Assembly: GCA_002269645.1 (NCBI GenBank)
Contig: NIVC01003954.1
Span: 3,863 to 67,862 of the forward strand
Direction: 5' to 3'
DNA: 64,000 nucleotides
Source of the DNA: Macrostomum lignano
Lineage: Eukaryota
Each line of letters opens with the position of its first letter. Positions within the stretch are counted from its first letter, which is position 1. The notes under the pieces are model-generated. The model was not told the DNA's origin and did no database searches. It was given only the letters and a program-made list of their open reading frames with translations. A program made the position numbers and the translations under genes. Below, one piece after another: positions 25,809 through 38,680 of this stretch.

Positions 25809-27339
25809 GTAAGCGAGTGAAGTTTATTTGGCGCGAATTGCCATCAATATATAAAGGCGATATCGCCAGGGAGAGACGATCGATAAATTGATGTGCTCAA
25901 GCACTTAAAACAGTACGCATGGTCAGTACATAAAAACGAGTCCGAGACTATGAGAAAAGCGGGGGGTGGCTAAAACTGTACAAGTGGGCCTCGACGACCT
26001 TTGAGTGTAGAATAAAAATTGTAAAAATAAATGGCAAAATAAATAGGTAAGGTAAATAAAAATTATTATTAAATGCTCAGAGCAAAAAAGGCAGGTGCAC
26101 CGTACACAGTGTCAGAAAAATGAATAAAAAGCAGAGAATAAATAATCTGAATAAATCAAAATAAAGTCAATGAAAAAATCACAGAGGGGAAAAAATAGCA
26201 GTAAAAGAGCCTTTGTACAGGCGTCAAAAGGGGCCTAGTTGGCAGGATCGAGCCGACTATGAGAGAGCAGAGTCCGGAGGCTTCTCCCCTTGGTGTAGGC
26301 GGGCAGCACCGGGGTCTCGCAGTGGCGTATCACCCTGTCCTTCACTTTGGCAGCCAGGGCGTCGGAGGTCGCACAGTGGGCAGGATCAGCGGGATGGCCG
26401 GTTTGTGCAGTATGCCGGCAAGTTCGTTGGCGCCGTGTGGAACATGAGTCCTCAGGACCTCGATAAACTTGGCCTCCTGGCGCTGACGCCGCTCGTCAGC
26501 TCTGGGTCCTGTGCCATCGCGTGTCCAGATGCCGGTGAAGGCGAAGTCCGTCAGACTGTGGCCACCGCTGGTGAAGTGGCGCGCTACCGGAGTGTCACGG
26601 GTGTGCCGGATGTCACCGATGTGCGCCAGCATGCGACCGCGGATGCTGTTGGCGGTCTCGCCGACGTAGACCGTGTGGTCGCACCGGCGGCAGAACACGG
26701 CATCGACGGCGTTCGTGGCGTTGCAGTCGATCCGCTGACTGATGATGAGCTGGACTGTCGTGGCTGCTGATCCGGGGCAGACGGAGGTGAACCTGGCGTG
26801 CGCCTGGCAGCACTTGCAGAGTCGGGCCGAGTTGCACGGCAGGAAGCCGAACTCCCACCGTCTGGTCGGGTAGAAGCCGAGCTCCGTCAGCACGTCGTAC
26901 TTGATGGTGCGGAGGAAGCGCCGGCTGTAGCCTTGGTGCTGCACCAGATTCGACATCAGCCCGGTGCACGCTGCGTCGAAGTCGGCCATCCGGGAGCACC
27001 GCCGGGCGTACCTGAGGAGCTGGGACTTTACCACGCCCCGGAAAGTTCGCTTAGGATGGAAGGAGCCGCGGTGGATGAGGACTCGGCTGTCGGTGGGCTT
27101 GAAATATACCCTGGTTGCCAGGCTTTTGCTGTCGCCTTCGCGGTCCCAGAAGACGGTGGTGTCTAGGAAGTTCACCTCTGTGCTGCTGTAGCTCAGTTGA
27201 AGTCGGATGTTGGGGTCGAGGGCGTCCAGGTGTTGATGGAACTGGACCAGCTCCGCCTCTGTGCCACGCCACACTCCAAAGACGTCGTCGATGTAGCGGA
27301 GCCACAGGCTGGGCTTCTGCGGGCTGGTCTCCAGGCCTC

Positions 27340-27381
27340 TCTGCTCTGTTTCGAAATTGTTATTTTCTTCGTCAGGGCAGA
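27340..27381 (-). ncRNA. Degenerate hammerhead-like motif at the 5' junction of the PLE
   Basis: TCTGCC-CTGACGA-A-GAAA(ataacaa)TTTC-GAAA-CAGA-GCAGA. Related to 25772-25808 but lacks a canonical UH cleavage triplet. Confidence 0.5.
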
Positions 27382-27437
27382 TAAGAGAGAGCATTTGCAG
27401 CGAGAGAGAGAGAGAGAGGGAGAGAGGGAGAGAGAGG

Positions 27438-27474
<37 letters not shown>

Positions 27475-28185
27475 GAGCAGAGAGAAGAGAGAGGAGACAA
27501 AACAAGAAGAGAAAGAAGAAAAGCGAAGAGGATAGAAAAGAAGAGGAGAGAGAAAAGAGAAGAGACAGCAGATTAGAGATAAGAGAGCTGACAGGACACG
27601 CAAACCTTGAAGGTAATTGCTATTGTGAAGTTTCAAAAATACCCGAGGGCCGGATAGAGAGGCTTTGCGGGCCGCATCTAATAAAGAAGCAGCTTGATCA
27701 ACTTTCAGACTTGATAAACTTGAAACAGCCGATGTGTCAAGTAGCACATACGAATAGCACTCGCTGCGCCTTAGAGCTTGTCCTTCGCGGTAGTGAACCG
27801 CACATGATGATGAGCCAAGCACGGAATCAAACTTTGAAGCGTGCCGGATCAGAAGCTGACGTGGACTGAAGCATCGGGTTATCTCTCCAATTAAAGGCAG
27901 CTGAGCTAGCGGCTTCTTGAGACAATTCAAGTCACACCTGGGAGTCCGGTGTAGGGAAGGGAAAGGAAGGGAAGAAAGAAAGGGAAAGGAAGAGAGAGAG
28001 GCTGCGGATGTCGAGACTGAAGGGTTTATTAAATTGCAGTGAGGTGAGAACCGCTCGACTTAATCCTAGGGGCTGAGAGATACCTGCGCACTCGAGTGAT
28101 TAAAAGCGTACTTTTGGTTGTTGAAAAAACCGCTTTTTTGCCTGATCCTGGATCCCAGAACTGAACTATGGCTGCCTATGAATCT

Positions 28186-29432
28186 TAATGGAATTAGGGT
28201 GAATCTTAATGGAATTAGGGTGAATCTTAATGGAATTAGGGTTAATCATAACAGGAATTAGGGTGAATCTTAATGGAATTAGGGTTAATCATAACAGGAA
28301 TTAGGGTGAATCTTAATGGAATTAGGGTGAATCTTAATGGGTGAATCTTAATGGAATTAGGGTTAATCATAACAGGAATTAGGGTGAATCTTAATGGAAT
28401 TAGGGTTAATCATAACAGGAATTAGGGTGAATCTTAATGGAATTAGGGTTAATCATAACAGGAATTAGGGTGAATCTTAATGGAATTAGGGTTAATCATA
28501 ACAGGAATTAGGGTGAATCTTAATGGAATTAGGGTTAATCATAACAGGAATTAGGGTGAATCTTAATAGAATTAGGGTCAATCATAACAGGAATTAGGGT
28601 GAATCTTAATGGGAATTAGGGTGAATCTTAATGGGAATTAGGGTGACTCTTAATGGGAATTAGGGTGAATCTTAATGGGAATTAGGGTGACTCTTAATGG
28701 AATACGGGTGAATCTTAATGGGAATTAGGGTGACTCTTAATGGGAATTAGGGTGAATCTTAATGGAATACGGGTGAATCTTAATGGGAATTAGGGTGAAT
28801 CTTAATGGAATTAGGATGAATCTTAATGGGAATTAGGATGAATCTTAATGGAATTAGGGTGACTCTTAATGGGAATTAGGGTGAATCTTAATGGGAGTTA
28901 GGGTGACTCTTAATGGGAATTAGGGTGAATCTTAATTGAATTAGGGTGAATCTTAATGTTATTAGAGTGAATCTGAATAGAATTGGAGTGAATCTCAATG
29001 GAATTAGGGTGAATCTTAATAGGAATTAGAGTGAATCTTAATGGAATTAGGGTGAATCATAATGTTCCCCCTCGAATGGACGTACAAAAAGGTGACTACT
29101 TCTCAAATTTCAGTACTACTTATCGCTTCTTCACCTCAGGAGTAGTGTCTATGGTTTTATATTTCGGCTTTCGATTTGGAAGCTGATTGAGCATTCTGGT
29201 GTATTCTGTGGGTGAATCTTAATGAGAATTAGGGTGAATCTTAATTGAATTAGAGTGAATCTTAATGTTATTAGAGTGAATCTTAATAGAATTGGAGTGA
29301 ATCTATATGGAATTAGGGTTAATCTTAGTGGAATTAGGGTGAATCCTAATGGAATTAGGGGTTAATCTTAATGGAATTAGGGTGAATCTTATTGGGAATT
29401 AGGGTGAATCTTAATGAGAATTAGGGTGAATC
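28186..29432. repeat. ~21-bp minisatellite (GAATCTTAATGGAATTAGGGT)n, interrupted at ~29063-29211
   Basis: Visible; each unit contains TTAGGG. Confidence 0.92.
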
Positions 29433-29994
29433 TTTCAACCCTTTGTACTGAAAAAAACAGATCAGATTATTTGTTAAATTATTCAAAAAAAATTGTCAAT
29501 GCGCCAGGACTGAAGTTAATGGACTCAATCAGAACGAAATCTCTCAGATTAGCAAATCCAATTCCCTCTGTTTCCTGCATCTCGGCTCTTCTCACGCCAG
29601 CATGAGAGGCAAATGCATTTTCTCAGGTTTTGTATTGTTCCACCTGTTAATTATAAGAGTTCCGCTATCTCCCTCTCCCTCTCTGTGTCTCTCTAAAATT
29701 CTGCAACCCACAGTCGAGAGCTGACATTGAAGACTTTCCTCAACTGAACATACTTGCAGTTGCGCTAATTTTGCAGATAGAGCAGCCTGTAATTTGAAGA
29801 GTCAGCTGCGCTAATGTTCGGCTCAGCTCAAATATTTTTTCACCTTTTTTAACATAATAAAATTCGCTGGTTTTTACTATAAGTAGATCGGTAGAATTTG
29901 ACTGGCTTTCGTCAATCGATGAGTTTGAAACTGAATGGTTGAATAGGAAGCAGATGGGCGAAATTGCACCTGCTGCTGCTGCTAGGGAGGCAGA

Positions 29995-30770
29995 GGGAAA
30001 GGGAGAGATAGAGGGGGAGAGGAGAGAAAGGAGAGGAGAGGGGGGAGATACAGAAGGGAGAGGGGGGAGGAGAGAGGGGAGAGGTGAGAGGGGAGGGAGA
30101 GAGGGGAGAGGGGAGAGGGGAGGGAGAGAGGGGAGAGGAGAGAGGGGAGAGGAGAGAGGGGAGAGGAGAGAGGGGAGAGGAGAGAGGGGAGAGGAGAGAG
30201 GGGAGAGGAGAGAGGGGAGAGGAGAGAGGGGAGAGGAGAGAGGGGAGAGGGGAGAGGGGAGGGAGAGAGGGGAGAGGGGAGAGGGGAGGGAGAGAGGGGA
30301 GAGGAGAGAGGGGAGAGGAGAGAGGGGAGAGGAGAGAGGGGAGAGGAGAGAGGGGAGGAGAGAGGGAGAGGAGAGAGGGGAGGGAGAGAGGAGAGGGGGG
30401 AGAGGGGAGACGGGAGAGGGGAGAGGGGAGAGGGGAGAGGGAGGGAGAGAGTGGAGAGGAGAGAGGGAGAGGGGAGAGGGGAGGGAGAGAGGGAGAGGGG
30501 AGAGGGGAGGGAGAGAGGTGAGAGGGGAGAGGGGAGAGGAGAGAGCAGAAAGAAAGAGGGGAGAGGTTAGAGGGAAGAGAAGGGAGGGGAGAGTGGGGAA
30601 GTGGGAGAGGGTGAAGTGGAGAGGGCAAAGGGGAGAGGGAGAGGGGAGAGGAGAGACCGGGAGAGTGGAGAGAGGAGAGAGGAGAGGTGAGAAAGGGGAG
30701 GGGAGAGGGTAAAGTGGAGAGAGAGAAGAGGGGGAGGGTCACGGGGAGAAGGGGGAAAGAGAGCGAGAGT
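29995..30770. repeat. (GA)-rich polypurine tract
   Basis: Visible; explains the ERGEG and PSPL ORFs. Confidence 0.92.
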
Positions 30771-30862
30771 CACAGGAAAGCAGTGAGGCAGATGAGGCAC
30801 ACAACCCTTGTGAGCTGTCTCTGTCGCGCACCTGGCAAACCGATTCACACCAATAACCGCAG

Positions 30863-31278
30863 GCGCCTCTGCATCCACGCCTTCTTCGGGCCGGTGTCGG
30901 ACTACTCTGTGACGCAGTTCCTGCCGTTCACGTTTCACAATGAAATCCCGCTGATCACCTCTGGCGCCATTCATCCAGCATTCGGCATCAAGAGCGGCAG
31001 CTCGCTGACCAGAGTGACCCCACTGCTGGTGCAGGACCTTGCCGCTACCATTGAAGTGCTGATGCTGGACAACAACTGGCGCAGGGTGTCGGTGCTGTAC
31101 AACGAGCCGCGCTACCGGCCGAAGGGCGACATTCCGAGCAGTCCGGCGCCCGGCCAGAAGCTGCTCAGGTGGTGCACCGGCGAGTCCAAGCTGGTCGGCA
31201 TCGACTGCGTATTTGAAGTTGGCGCCGCGGAGACCCTTGTCAACACGATGAAGCTGAAGATCGGCTTGAGCAGGGCGT
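30863..31278 (+). CDS. Variable cassette V1, exon b
   Basis: Phase-2 acceptor aataaccgcag (an in-frame alternative exists at 30776). Reads IHAFFGPVSDY...IPLITSGA...SLTRV...NWRRVSVLY. Ends LSRA plus a phase-1 donor T|GTGAGT. Confidence 0.78.
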
Positions 31279-31400
31279 GTGAGTACTAGAAACTTGAATT
31301 GTTTCCATTTTGGGTGGCGATACAACTGGGTTCGAACCCGGGTCATGTATCAATGAGGAATTTTGAGCTGCATGTTTGAGTTAAGATTGATATGAACCAT

Positions 31401-31594
31401 ATGAGCTATGAGCTATGAGCTATGAGCTACCAGCTATGAGCTATGAGCTATGAGCTATGAGCTATGAGCTATGAGCTATGAGCTATGAGCTACCAGCTAT
31501 GAGCTATGAGCTATGAGCTACCAGCTATGAGCTATGAGCTATGAGCTATGAGCTATGAGTTACGAGTATGAGTATGAGCTATGAGCTATGAGCT
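31401..31594. repeat. (ATGAGCT)n heptamer repeat
   Basis: Visible. Confidence 0.92.
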
Positions 31595-32070
31595 GTATTA
31601 AAAATGCTAACACACTTTAAATTAAAATGTCCTGATAAAAAGTTTACAAAAATCAACTTATAAAAGTCATAAAGTAACATATCATTGCTCGTGTGAGCGA
31701 TGATGAGCAGTGATTGAGTACTCAATGTTTTTATGGTTTTATATGTTGACTTGTTCTGTGACCTGCTAGCCTCAGGTGTACAGTATGGGCTGGTCAGTCC
31801 CATATCGGCCACGTTATGGAGAGATCAAAGATAAGCCACATTGGCAATAAAATCCGAGTTACCTTCTTCAGACCCTGGCTCAACTCAAGATAACAGCTCA
31901 GACTTAAGTGACTTTTAAAAACTAATTTAATCTCTTGAGCTGGGTGGAGTCACTTTCGTGCAATCTGTGCAAAACAGAAATTTTTACTAAGAAGTTGACT
32001 TAATGTAGAAGTATGACTAATGGAATATATTCGCAATAGATTTTACTAGCTATATTGTGAAACAACTGTA

Positions 32071-32691
32071 ATTAGATAGATTAGCAATCCATTCTATAGC
32101 TTGACAAATTAGATAGATTAGCAATCCATTCTATAGCTTGCCAAATTAGATAGATTAGCAATCCATTCTATAGCTTGGCAAATTAGATAGATTAGCAATC
32201 CATTCTATAGCTTGGCAATTAGATAGATTAGCAATCCATTCTATAGCTTGACAAATTAGATAGATTAGCAATCCATTCTATAGCTTGACAAATTAGATAG
32301 ATTAGCAATCCATTCTATAGCTTGGCAATTAGATAAATTAGCAATCCATTCTATAGCTTGGCAATTATATAGATTAGCAATCCATTCTATAGCTTGGCAA
32401 TTAGATAGATTAGCAATCCATTCTATAGCTTGGCAATTAGATAGATTAGCAATCCATTCTATAGCTTGGCAAATTAGATAGATTAGCAATCCATTCTATA
32501 GCTTGGCAAATTAGATAGATTAGCAATCCATTCTATAGCTTGGCAAATTAGATAGATTAGCAATCCATTCTATAGCTTGGCAAATTAGATAGATTAGCAA
32601 TCCATTCTATAGCTTGACAAATTAGATAGATTAGCAATCCATTCTATAGCTTGGCAATTAGATAGATTAGCAATCCATTCTATAGCTTGAC
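32071..32691. repeat. 36-37-bp minisatellite (AATTAGATAGATTAGCAATCCATTCTATAGCTTGGCA)n
   Basis: About 17 units. Confidence 0.95.
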
Positions 32692-33114
32692 CAGAGTTTA
32701 TTTACAATAATATTTGCGTTTTGCCGTTGATGTCAGCGCAAATTCAGCAGTTGCTCTTTTTTAGTGCAAAATCTCTTTCTGAGCAATACTGCGCAATTAG
32801 CTCATCATAAGAAAATTAAAAAAGGTTTTTCTTGTTTGAGAGAACTATCTTTTTGAAAAATATTGGCGGCTTTTATCGTCGGATTTTATCACGGCAACAA
32901 AATTAGCGTAGCTTTTGTCGCAGTTCTCCGTTGTTCGGGCGCCCTAAGCCTGTCCCTATCTGATCCCTTCCTGCCTTCTGCGCGGAAGCAACGGGCTCAA
33001 ATGTCAGCTGCAGTGTGAAAAACATTCGACAGAACGATATCATTACGCTTGCTAAACCCTGTCAAAATCTGGGTTAAGGTTTTGTCAAAGTCTATGTCGC
33101 TAAAACAGGAAGGC

Positions 33115-33274
<160 letters not shown>

Positions 33275-34064
33275 CCAAAAAGGACCAAGCCATCCAGTTC
33301 ATCCAGCCCAGCAGTGGCTATTTATTTCAAGTCAAGTGTCTCGAATCCAGCCTGCCGCCCAGAGCACGGCCGAAGCTATCGGTGGACGGGGCCGCCTGCC
33401 CACCTGGGGCAGGTGAGGGACGCGGTGGAGGGGAGCTCTGTTATCTTATCAGCTCACTGAAGTCGCCCGCCCATTTGCTGTTAACAAAGTTGGAGGGGAC
33501 GGAGCCGCGGGCAAAGCCAGATTCCAGCTCGCATGCAGGTATGGGGATCCCCTCGAGCTCGATGTCTGACTTACCTGTAAGCCATGCGTTCCTCTCTACT
33601 CTGTTTTCCGTCTACCCCCTGCCGCCCCTTTCTCGCCTTCCAATTGGCTTCCGGGGCGAACATTTTTTTTGTCAAGCCTTTCCATTTTTTTCTACCAGTC
33701 GAATCACTTGGCGTCTCTCTCTCTATTTTGCGTTTTTCTGGGGCGAAAGAGCGAATGAGTGAGTGAGACACCGGCTGACTCCGATCAAGACTCAACTCAG
33801 TACCTTCCTTACTCGCTGAGTTGACGCAAATACTCAGGCAGCCACCCCTCCTAGCACCTTGCTGGTGTCCACTTCTGCCAACTTCGCTATAAATCATTGC
33901 TGCTAGAGAAGCAACACTTTCTAATCAAACAGCGACGGTCGAAAGCAACAAAAAGCAGGCCTGCATGCAGCTCAGTGCCGAATAAATACTATGTAAAAAT
34001 AGTGCACTACTGGCCTGCTCTTTTTTACGACTTCGATAAGAGAGGCAGAGGCCGAGCCTCCAGT

Positions 34065-35208
34065 ATGGACAGAAGAAGGTGGCTGATGCTTCTGCTGCTG
34101 CTAAAACTGCTGGCACTTTATCAAGTTGAAGCTTTCGACCTTGAATCTACCGAGTCAACGTCAGAAGCAACCAGACCTTCAACCGCGTCACTGGCAGATG
34201 CTACAAGAGACTCAACCGCGTCACTAACTGATGCTACAAGAGACTCAACCGCGTCACTAACTGATGCTACAAGAGACTCAACCGCGTCACTGGCAGATGC
34301 TACAAGAGACTCAACCGCGTCACTTGCAGATGCTACAAGAGACTCAACCGCGTCACTGGCAGATGCTACAAGAGACTCAACCGCGTCACTGGCAGACGCT
34401 AAAAGTCGACCGACTGTCTCAACTATAGATGCTGTCAGTCCCTCGACTGCGCCACTAGTAGAAGCAGAAATTCAGTCTTTCGAATCACCGCTAGAAGCAA
34501 TTGTACTTTTACTGGCGCCCCGTTACGAACCGCTCAGAGAGTTAGCCAGCCCGTTAGAACTGCTCAACGCCACACTGGACATTGCTCTAACCAACAACCT
34601 AGTGCGCTCTCTGCCAGTTCGACTTAAAAAACGATCGCACGAGCTAGGCTGCGACTTCTCCGACTCGATGCGACGAATTATCAAATTAAACTGTCCGCCG
34701 AGTAGCGACAAGCAGGCCAGGGTGATCGTCGGTCCGCTCTGCTCCTACGCGGTGAACAACGTGTTCCTCTGGTTCCGACTGAAGAGCGACGCCCTGATTA
34801 CCGCCGGTGCTAATTCGGTCAGCTTCGATGAGGCGCAGTACTCGGAGCTGATTCGCATTGGTACAACAGCAGAGCACGATATGAACGCACTGTTGGCAGC
34901 ATTTCGCCAAATTCCGGCCTCGGCTGGCCTGAGCCCCTGGCGAAGAATGCTGTTCGTCTACCAGGACATCATGCGACCGCTGGCTTCCATGTCTAAGCCG
35001 AGGAAGGAGCCCTGGTACTACGTCGACAACATCCAGTGCAAGAATGTGTTTAACGCGCTGAAGTACCACTTCAAAGGTCGACAAGATTATATATTTGAAT
35101 CGTTTGGAGTCAATTCAAATGTCAAAGAGGACAAGAAACAGTCAAGTCAAGAGAAGGACGCCGTTTTTAATAATATCCTCCTGTCTAAGGTTGGAAACCG
35201 TCTATCTG
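34065..35208 (+). CDS. Variable cassette V2 (single exon): signal peptide, 11-aa S/T-rich repeats, ANF-receptor-like domain N-part
   Basis: MDRRRWLMLLLLLKLLALYQVEA leader; IVLLLAP...IVGPLCSYAV...LITAGA...LIRIG...WRRMLFVY; ends KVGNRLS plus a phase-1 donor G|GTGAGT. Confidence 0.85.
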
Positions 35209-35930
35209 GTGAGTGACTCATTGATGAGCTCCGGCTTCAGCATCTGAAGATGTCGCTTAATGTTTTGGGTTTGATATACCCATGTCAGTTATAGGGTTTA
35301 AGAACAGGGGGTAGGGTGGCTCTTTGACTGTTAAGAGCAAGATGGTGTCGTCAGTAGTCCACTGACTGATGTACATCTACAGAGGAAGGGGCAGCGATGT
35401 GACAAACTGATGTACATCTACAGAGGAAGGGGTAGCGATGGCTCCTCACAAACTGATGTACATCTACAGAGGAAGGGGTAGTGATGGCTCCTCACTGAAT
35501 GATGTACATCTGAAGTGCTCTCTACAAGTTTTAAAAAAGAACTGGTCTAATCTAATCCAGAGTACGAGATACTTTGCTCTTCTAAATTTTTCAACTTCAA
35601 AGAGAAGATTCCGATTCAACGAATTTTCCATTCAAAAAAGATTTAACCGGATCAGCCACTTCAACCCATTTGAAGCGGCTGCACTTTTCCTACTCGAAGT
35701 TCAAGCGGCCGAATTCGCAAATTAATTAATACGCAATTTTCGGCTTCGTTTTCGGACAGACAGAAATCCTGCTCTTTGTCGGCAGGCATAAATTTCTGGC
35801 AAATTTTCGATAGGGTTTTAATTTGTATAAAATTTCCGACAGACTTATGGAGCTGTGTAGGTTGGCTCTCCATATCCATATTCCAGACATGGTGGGCAAC
35901 CTCTATCGCTTTCGAAATTTTAGTATTGGA

Positions 35931-37570
35931 GAGTGACTTTCCATCCATTAGCCATGGAGAGTGACTTTCCATCAATTAGCCATGGAGAGTGACTTTCCAT
36001 CAATTAGTCATGGAGAGTGACTTTCCATCAATTAGTCATGGAGAGTGACTTTCCATCAATTAGTCATAGAGAGTGACTTCCTGTTCCTTAGCCATGGAGA
36101 GTGACTTTCTGTTCCTTATTCATGGAGAGTAATTTCTATTCCTTAGTCATGGAGAGTGACTTTCTGTTCCTTAGTCATGGAGAGTGACTTTCTGTTCCTT
36201 AGTCATGGAGAGTGACTTTCTATCAATGAGTCATGGAGAGTGAATTTCTATTTCTTAGTCATGGAGAGTGACTTTCTATCCCTTAGTCATGGAGAGTGAA
36301 TTTCTATTCCTTGGTCATGGAGAGTGACTTTCTATTCCTTAGTCATGGAGAGTGACTTTCTATTCCTTAGTCATGGAGAGTGACTTTCTATTCCTTAGTC
36401 ATGGAGAGTGACTTTCTATTCCTTAGTCATGGAGAGTGACTTTCTATCCCTTATTCATGGAGAGTGACTTTCTATTCCTTAGTCATGGAGAGTGACTTTC
36501 TATCCTTAGTCATGGAGAGTGAATTTCTATTCCTTAGTCATGGAGAGTGACTTTCTATTCCTTAGTCATGGAGAGTGACTTTCTATTTCTTAGTCATGGA
36601 GAGTGACTTTCTATTCCTTAGTCATGGAGAGTGAATTTCTATCCCTTAGTCATGGAGAGTGAATTTCTATTCCTTAGTCATGGAGAGTGACTTTCTATGA
36701 TCCTTAGTCATGGAGAGTGACTTTCTATTTCTTAGTCATGGAGAGTGACTTTCTATTTCTTAGTCATGGAGAGTGACTTTCTGTTCCTTAGTCATGGAGA
36801 GTGCCTTCTATCAGTGAGTCATGGAGAGTGACTTTTTATCAATTAGTCATGGAGAGTGCCTTCTATCAGTGAGTCATGGAGAGTGACTTCTATCAATGAG
36901 TCATGGAGAGTGCCTTCTATCAATGAGTCATGGAGAGTGCCTTCTATCAATGAGTCATGGAGAGTGCCTTCTATCAATGAGTCATGGAGAGTGCCTTCTA
37001 TCAATGAGTCATGGAGAGTGCCTTCTATCAATGAGTCATGGAGAGTGACTTTCTGTTCCTTATTCATGGAGAGTGCCTTCTATCAGTGAGTCATGGAGAG
37101 TGACTTTTTATCAATTAGCCATGGAGAGTGCCTTCTATCAATGAGTCATGGAGAGTGCCTTCTATTCCTTAGTCATGGAGAGTGCCTTCTATCAGTGAGT
37201 CATGGAGAGTGACTTTCTATTCCTTAGTCATGGAGAGTGCCTTCTATCAATGAGTCATGGAGAGTGACTTTCTGTTCCTTAGTCATGGAGAGTGCCTTCT
37301 ATCAGTGAGTCATGGAGAGTGACTTTCTGTTCCTTAGTCATGGAGAGTGCCTTCTATCAGTGAGTCATGGAGAGTGACTTTTTATCAATTAGCCATGGAG
37401 AGTGCCTTCTATCAATGAGTCATGGAGAGTGACTTTCTGTTCCTTAGTCATGGAGAGTGCCTTCTATCAGTGAGTCATGGAGAGTGACTTTCTGTTCCTT
37501 AGTCATGGAGAGTGCCTTCTATCAATGAGTCATGGAGAGTGACTTTCTGTTCCTTATTCATGAATGGTGA
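35931..37570. repeat. 28-30-bp minisatellite (AGTCATGGAGAGTGACTTTCTATTCCTT)n
   Basis: Visible. Confidence 0.95.
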
Positions 37571-38094
37571 CTTTCCATCACACAAACATATAAAGTATAA
37601 AAGCAATATGCCTTCAAGATGACATGCTCACAGATCGGGTATGCACTTGAGTCAGCTCAGGATTGAGTGCAATTGGACTCAAACTGAATTTTACAATATG
37701 AAATCCAGTCCAATTTCGGGGAATAATAAACTAATAAATCAAATGAATCAGCTAGTCTGCCAACAAAAAAGACAAAATTATTTTTTCCTCAATCAAGTTT
37801 AAAAGCTTGATATGATAGTTGGAGAAGAGCCAGTTAAAGGGTGGAATCACGAATTCACAATTTTTTTCATAGCGTTTTGTCAAATAAATTGCACAAATAC
37901 AGATTCGTATTTTCGCGCATTCCTACTAAGCTATAAGTAGGCAGTGGAGAACATTTAATCTGCAGTGAATCTACTCTCCTAACAATTTGGGGTTTTTCGG
38001 GGTTTCGCTCAATTATACCTTTTTAAGTTAGTCTTCAGCCTAACAGCCTAACGTAGTCTTCAGTTCGCATAGCATAGTCGTATGCGAACAAGAG

Positions 38095-38680
38095 GGCAGA
38101 GGGTAGAGGAAGGAAAGTAGAGGGTAGAGGTAGAGCGTAGACAGTAAAGTAGAGGGTAGCTTTACCCTCAGGGTAGAAGGTAGAGGGTATAGAGGGTAGA
38201 TGATAGAGGGTAGAGGGTAGAGCGTAGACAGTAGAGTAGAGGGTAAAGGGTAGCTTTACCCTCAGGGTAGAAGGTAGAGGGTATAGAGGGTAGATGATAG
38301 AGGGTAGAGGGTAGAGCGTAGACAGTAGAGTAGAGGGTAAAGGGTAGCTTTACCCTCATGGTAGAGGGTAGAGGGTAGAGAGTAGAGGGTAGAGGGTAGA
38401 GGGTAGAGAGTAGAGGGTAGAAGGTAGAAGGTAGCTTTACCCTCAGGGTAGAAGGTAGAGGGTATAGAGGGTAGATAATAGAGGGTAGAGGGTAGAGCGT
38501 AGACAGTAAAGAGTAGAGAGTAGAGGGTAGATGGTAGAGAGTAAATAGTAGAGAGTAGAGGGTAGAGAGTAGAGAGTAGAGAGTAGAGAGTAGAGGATAG
38601 AGGGTAGAGAGTAGAGGGTAGATGGTAAATGATAGAGAGTAGAAGGTAGAGGGTAGAGGTTAGAGGGTAGCTTTACCCTC
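38095..38680. repeat. (AGAGGGT)-based complex repeat
   Basis: Visible. Confidence 0.85.

Larger units (their letters stand above)
25700..27395 (-). mobile_element. 5'-truncated Penelope-like element (RT motif C to GIY-YIG) with pLTRs
   Basis: ORF 26342-27505 contains WLRYIDDVFGVW, YFKPTDS, CKCCQAH, VYVGETANSIRGRMLAH, EAKFIEVLRTHVPHGAN. The first ~60 aa of that ORF are microsatellite and pLTR, not protein. Confidence 0.9.

Noticed and set aside
27805-27875. C/D-box snoRNA-like ATGATGA...CTGA
   Set aside because: No terminal stem or identifiable guide; such short motifs are expected by chance
28186-29432. TTAGGG in every unit suggesting a telomere
   Set aside because: Single hexamers embedded in a 21-bp unit within an intron; not a telomeric array
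29912-30742. Pro/Ser-rich and Arg/Gly/Glu-rich ORFs (also 21225-22025)
   Set aside because: Translations of polypurine/polypyrimidine tracts
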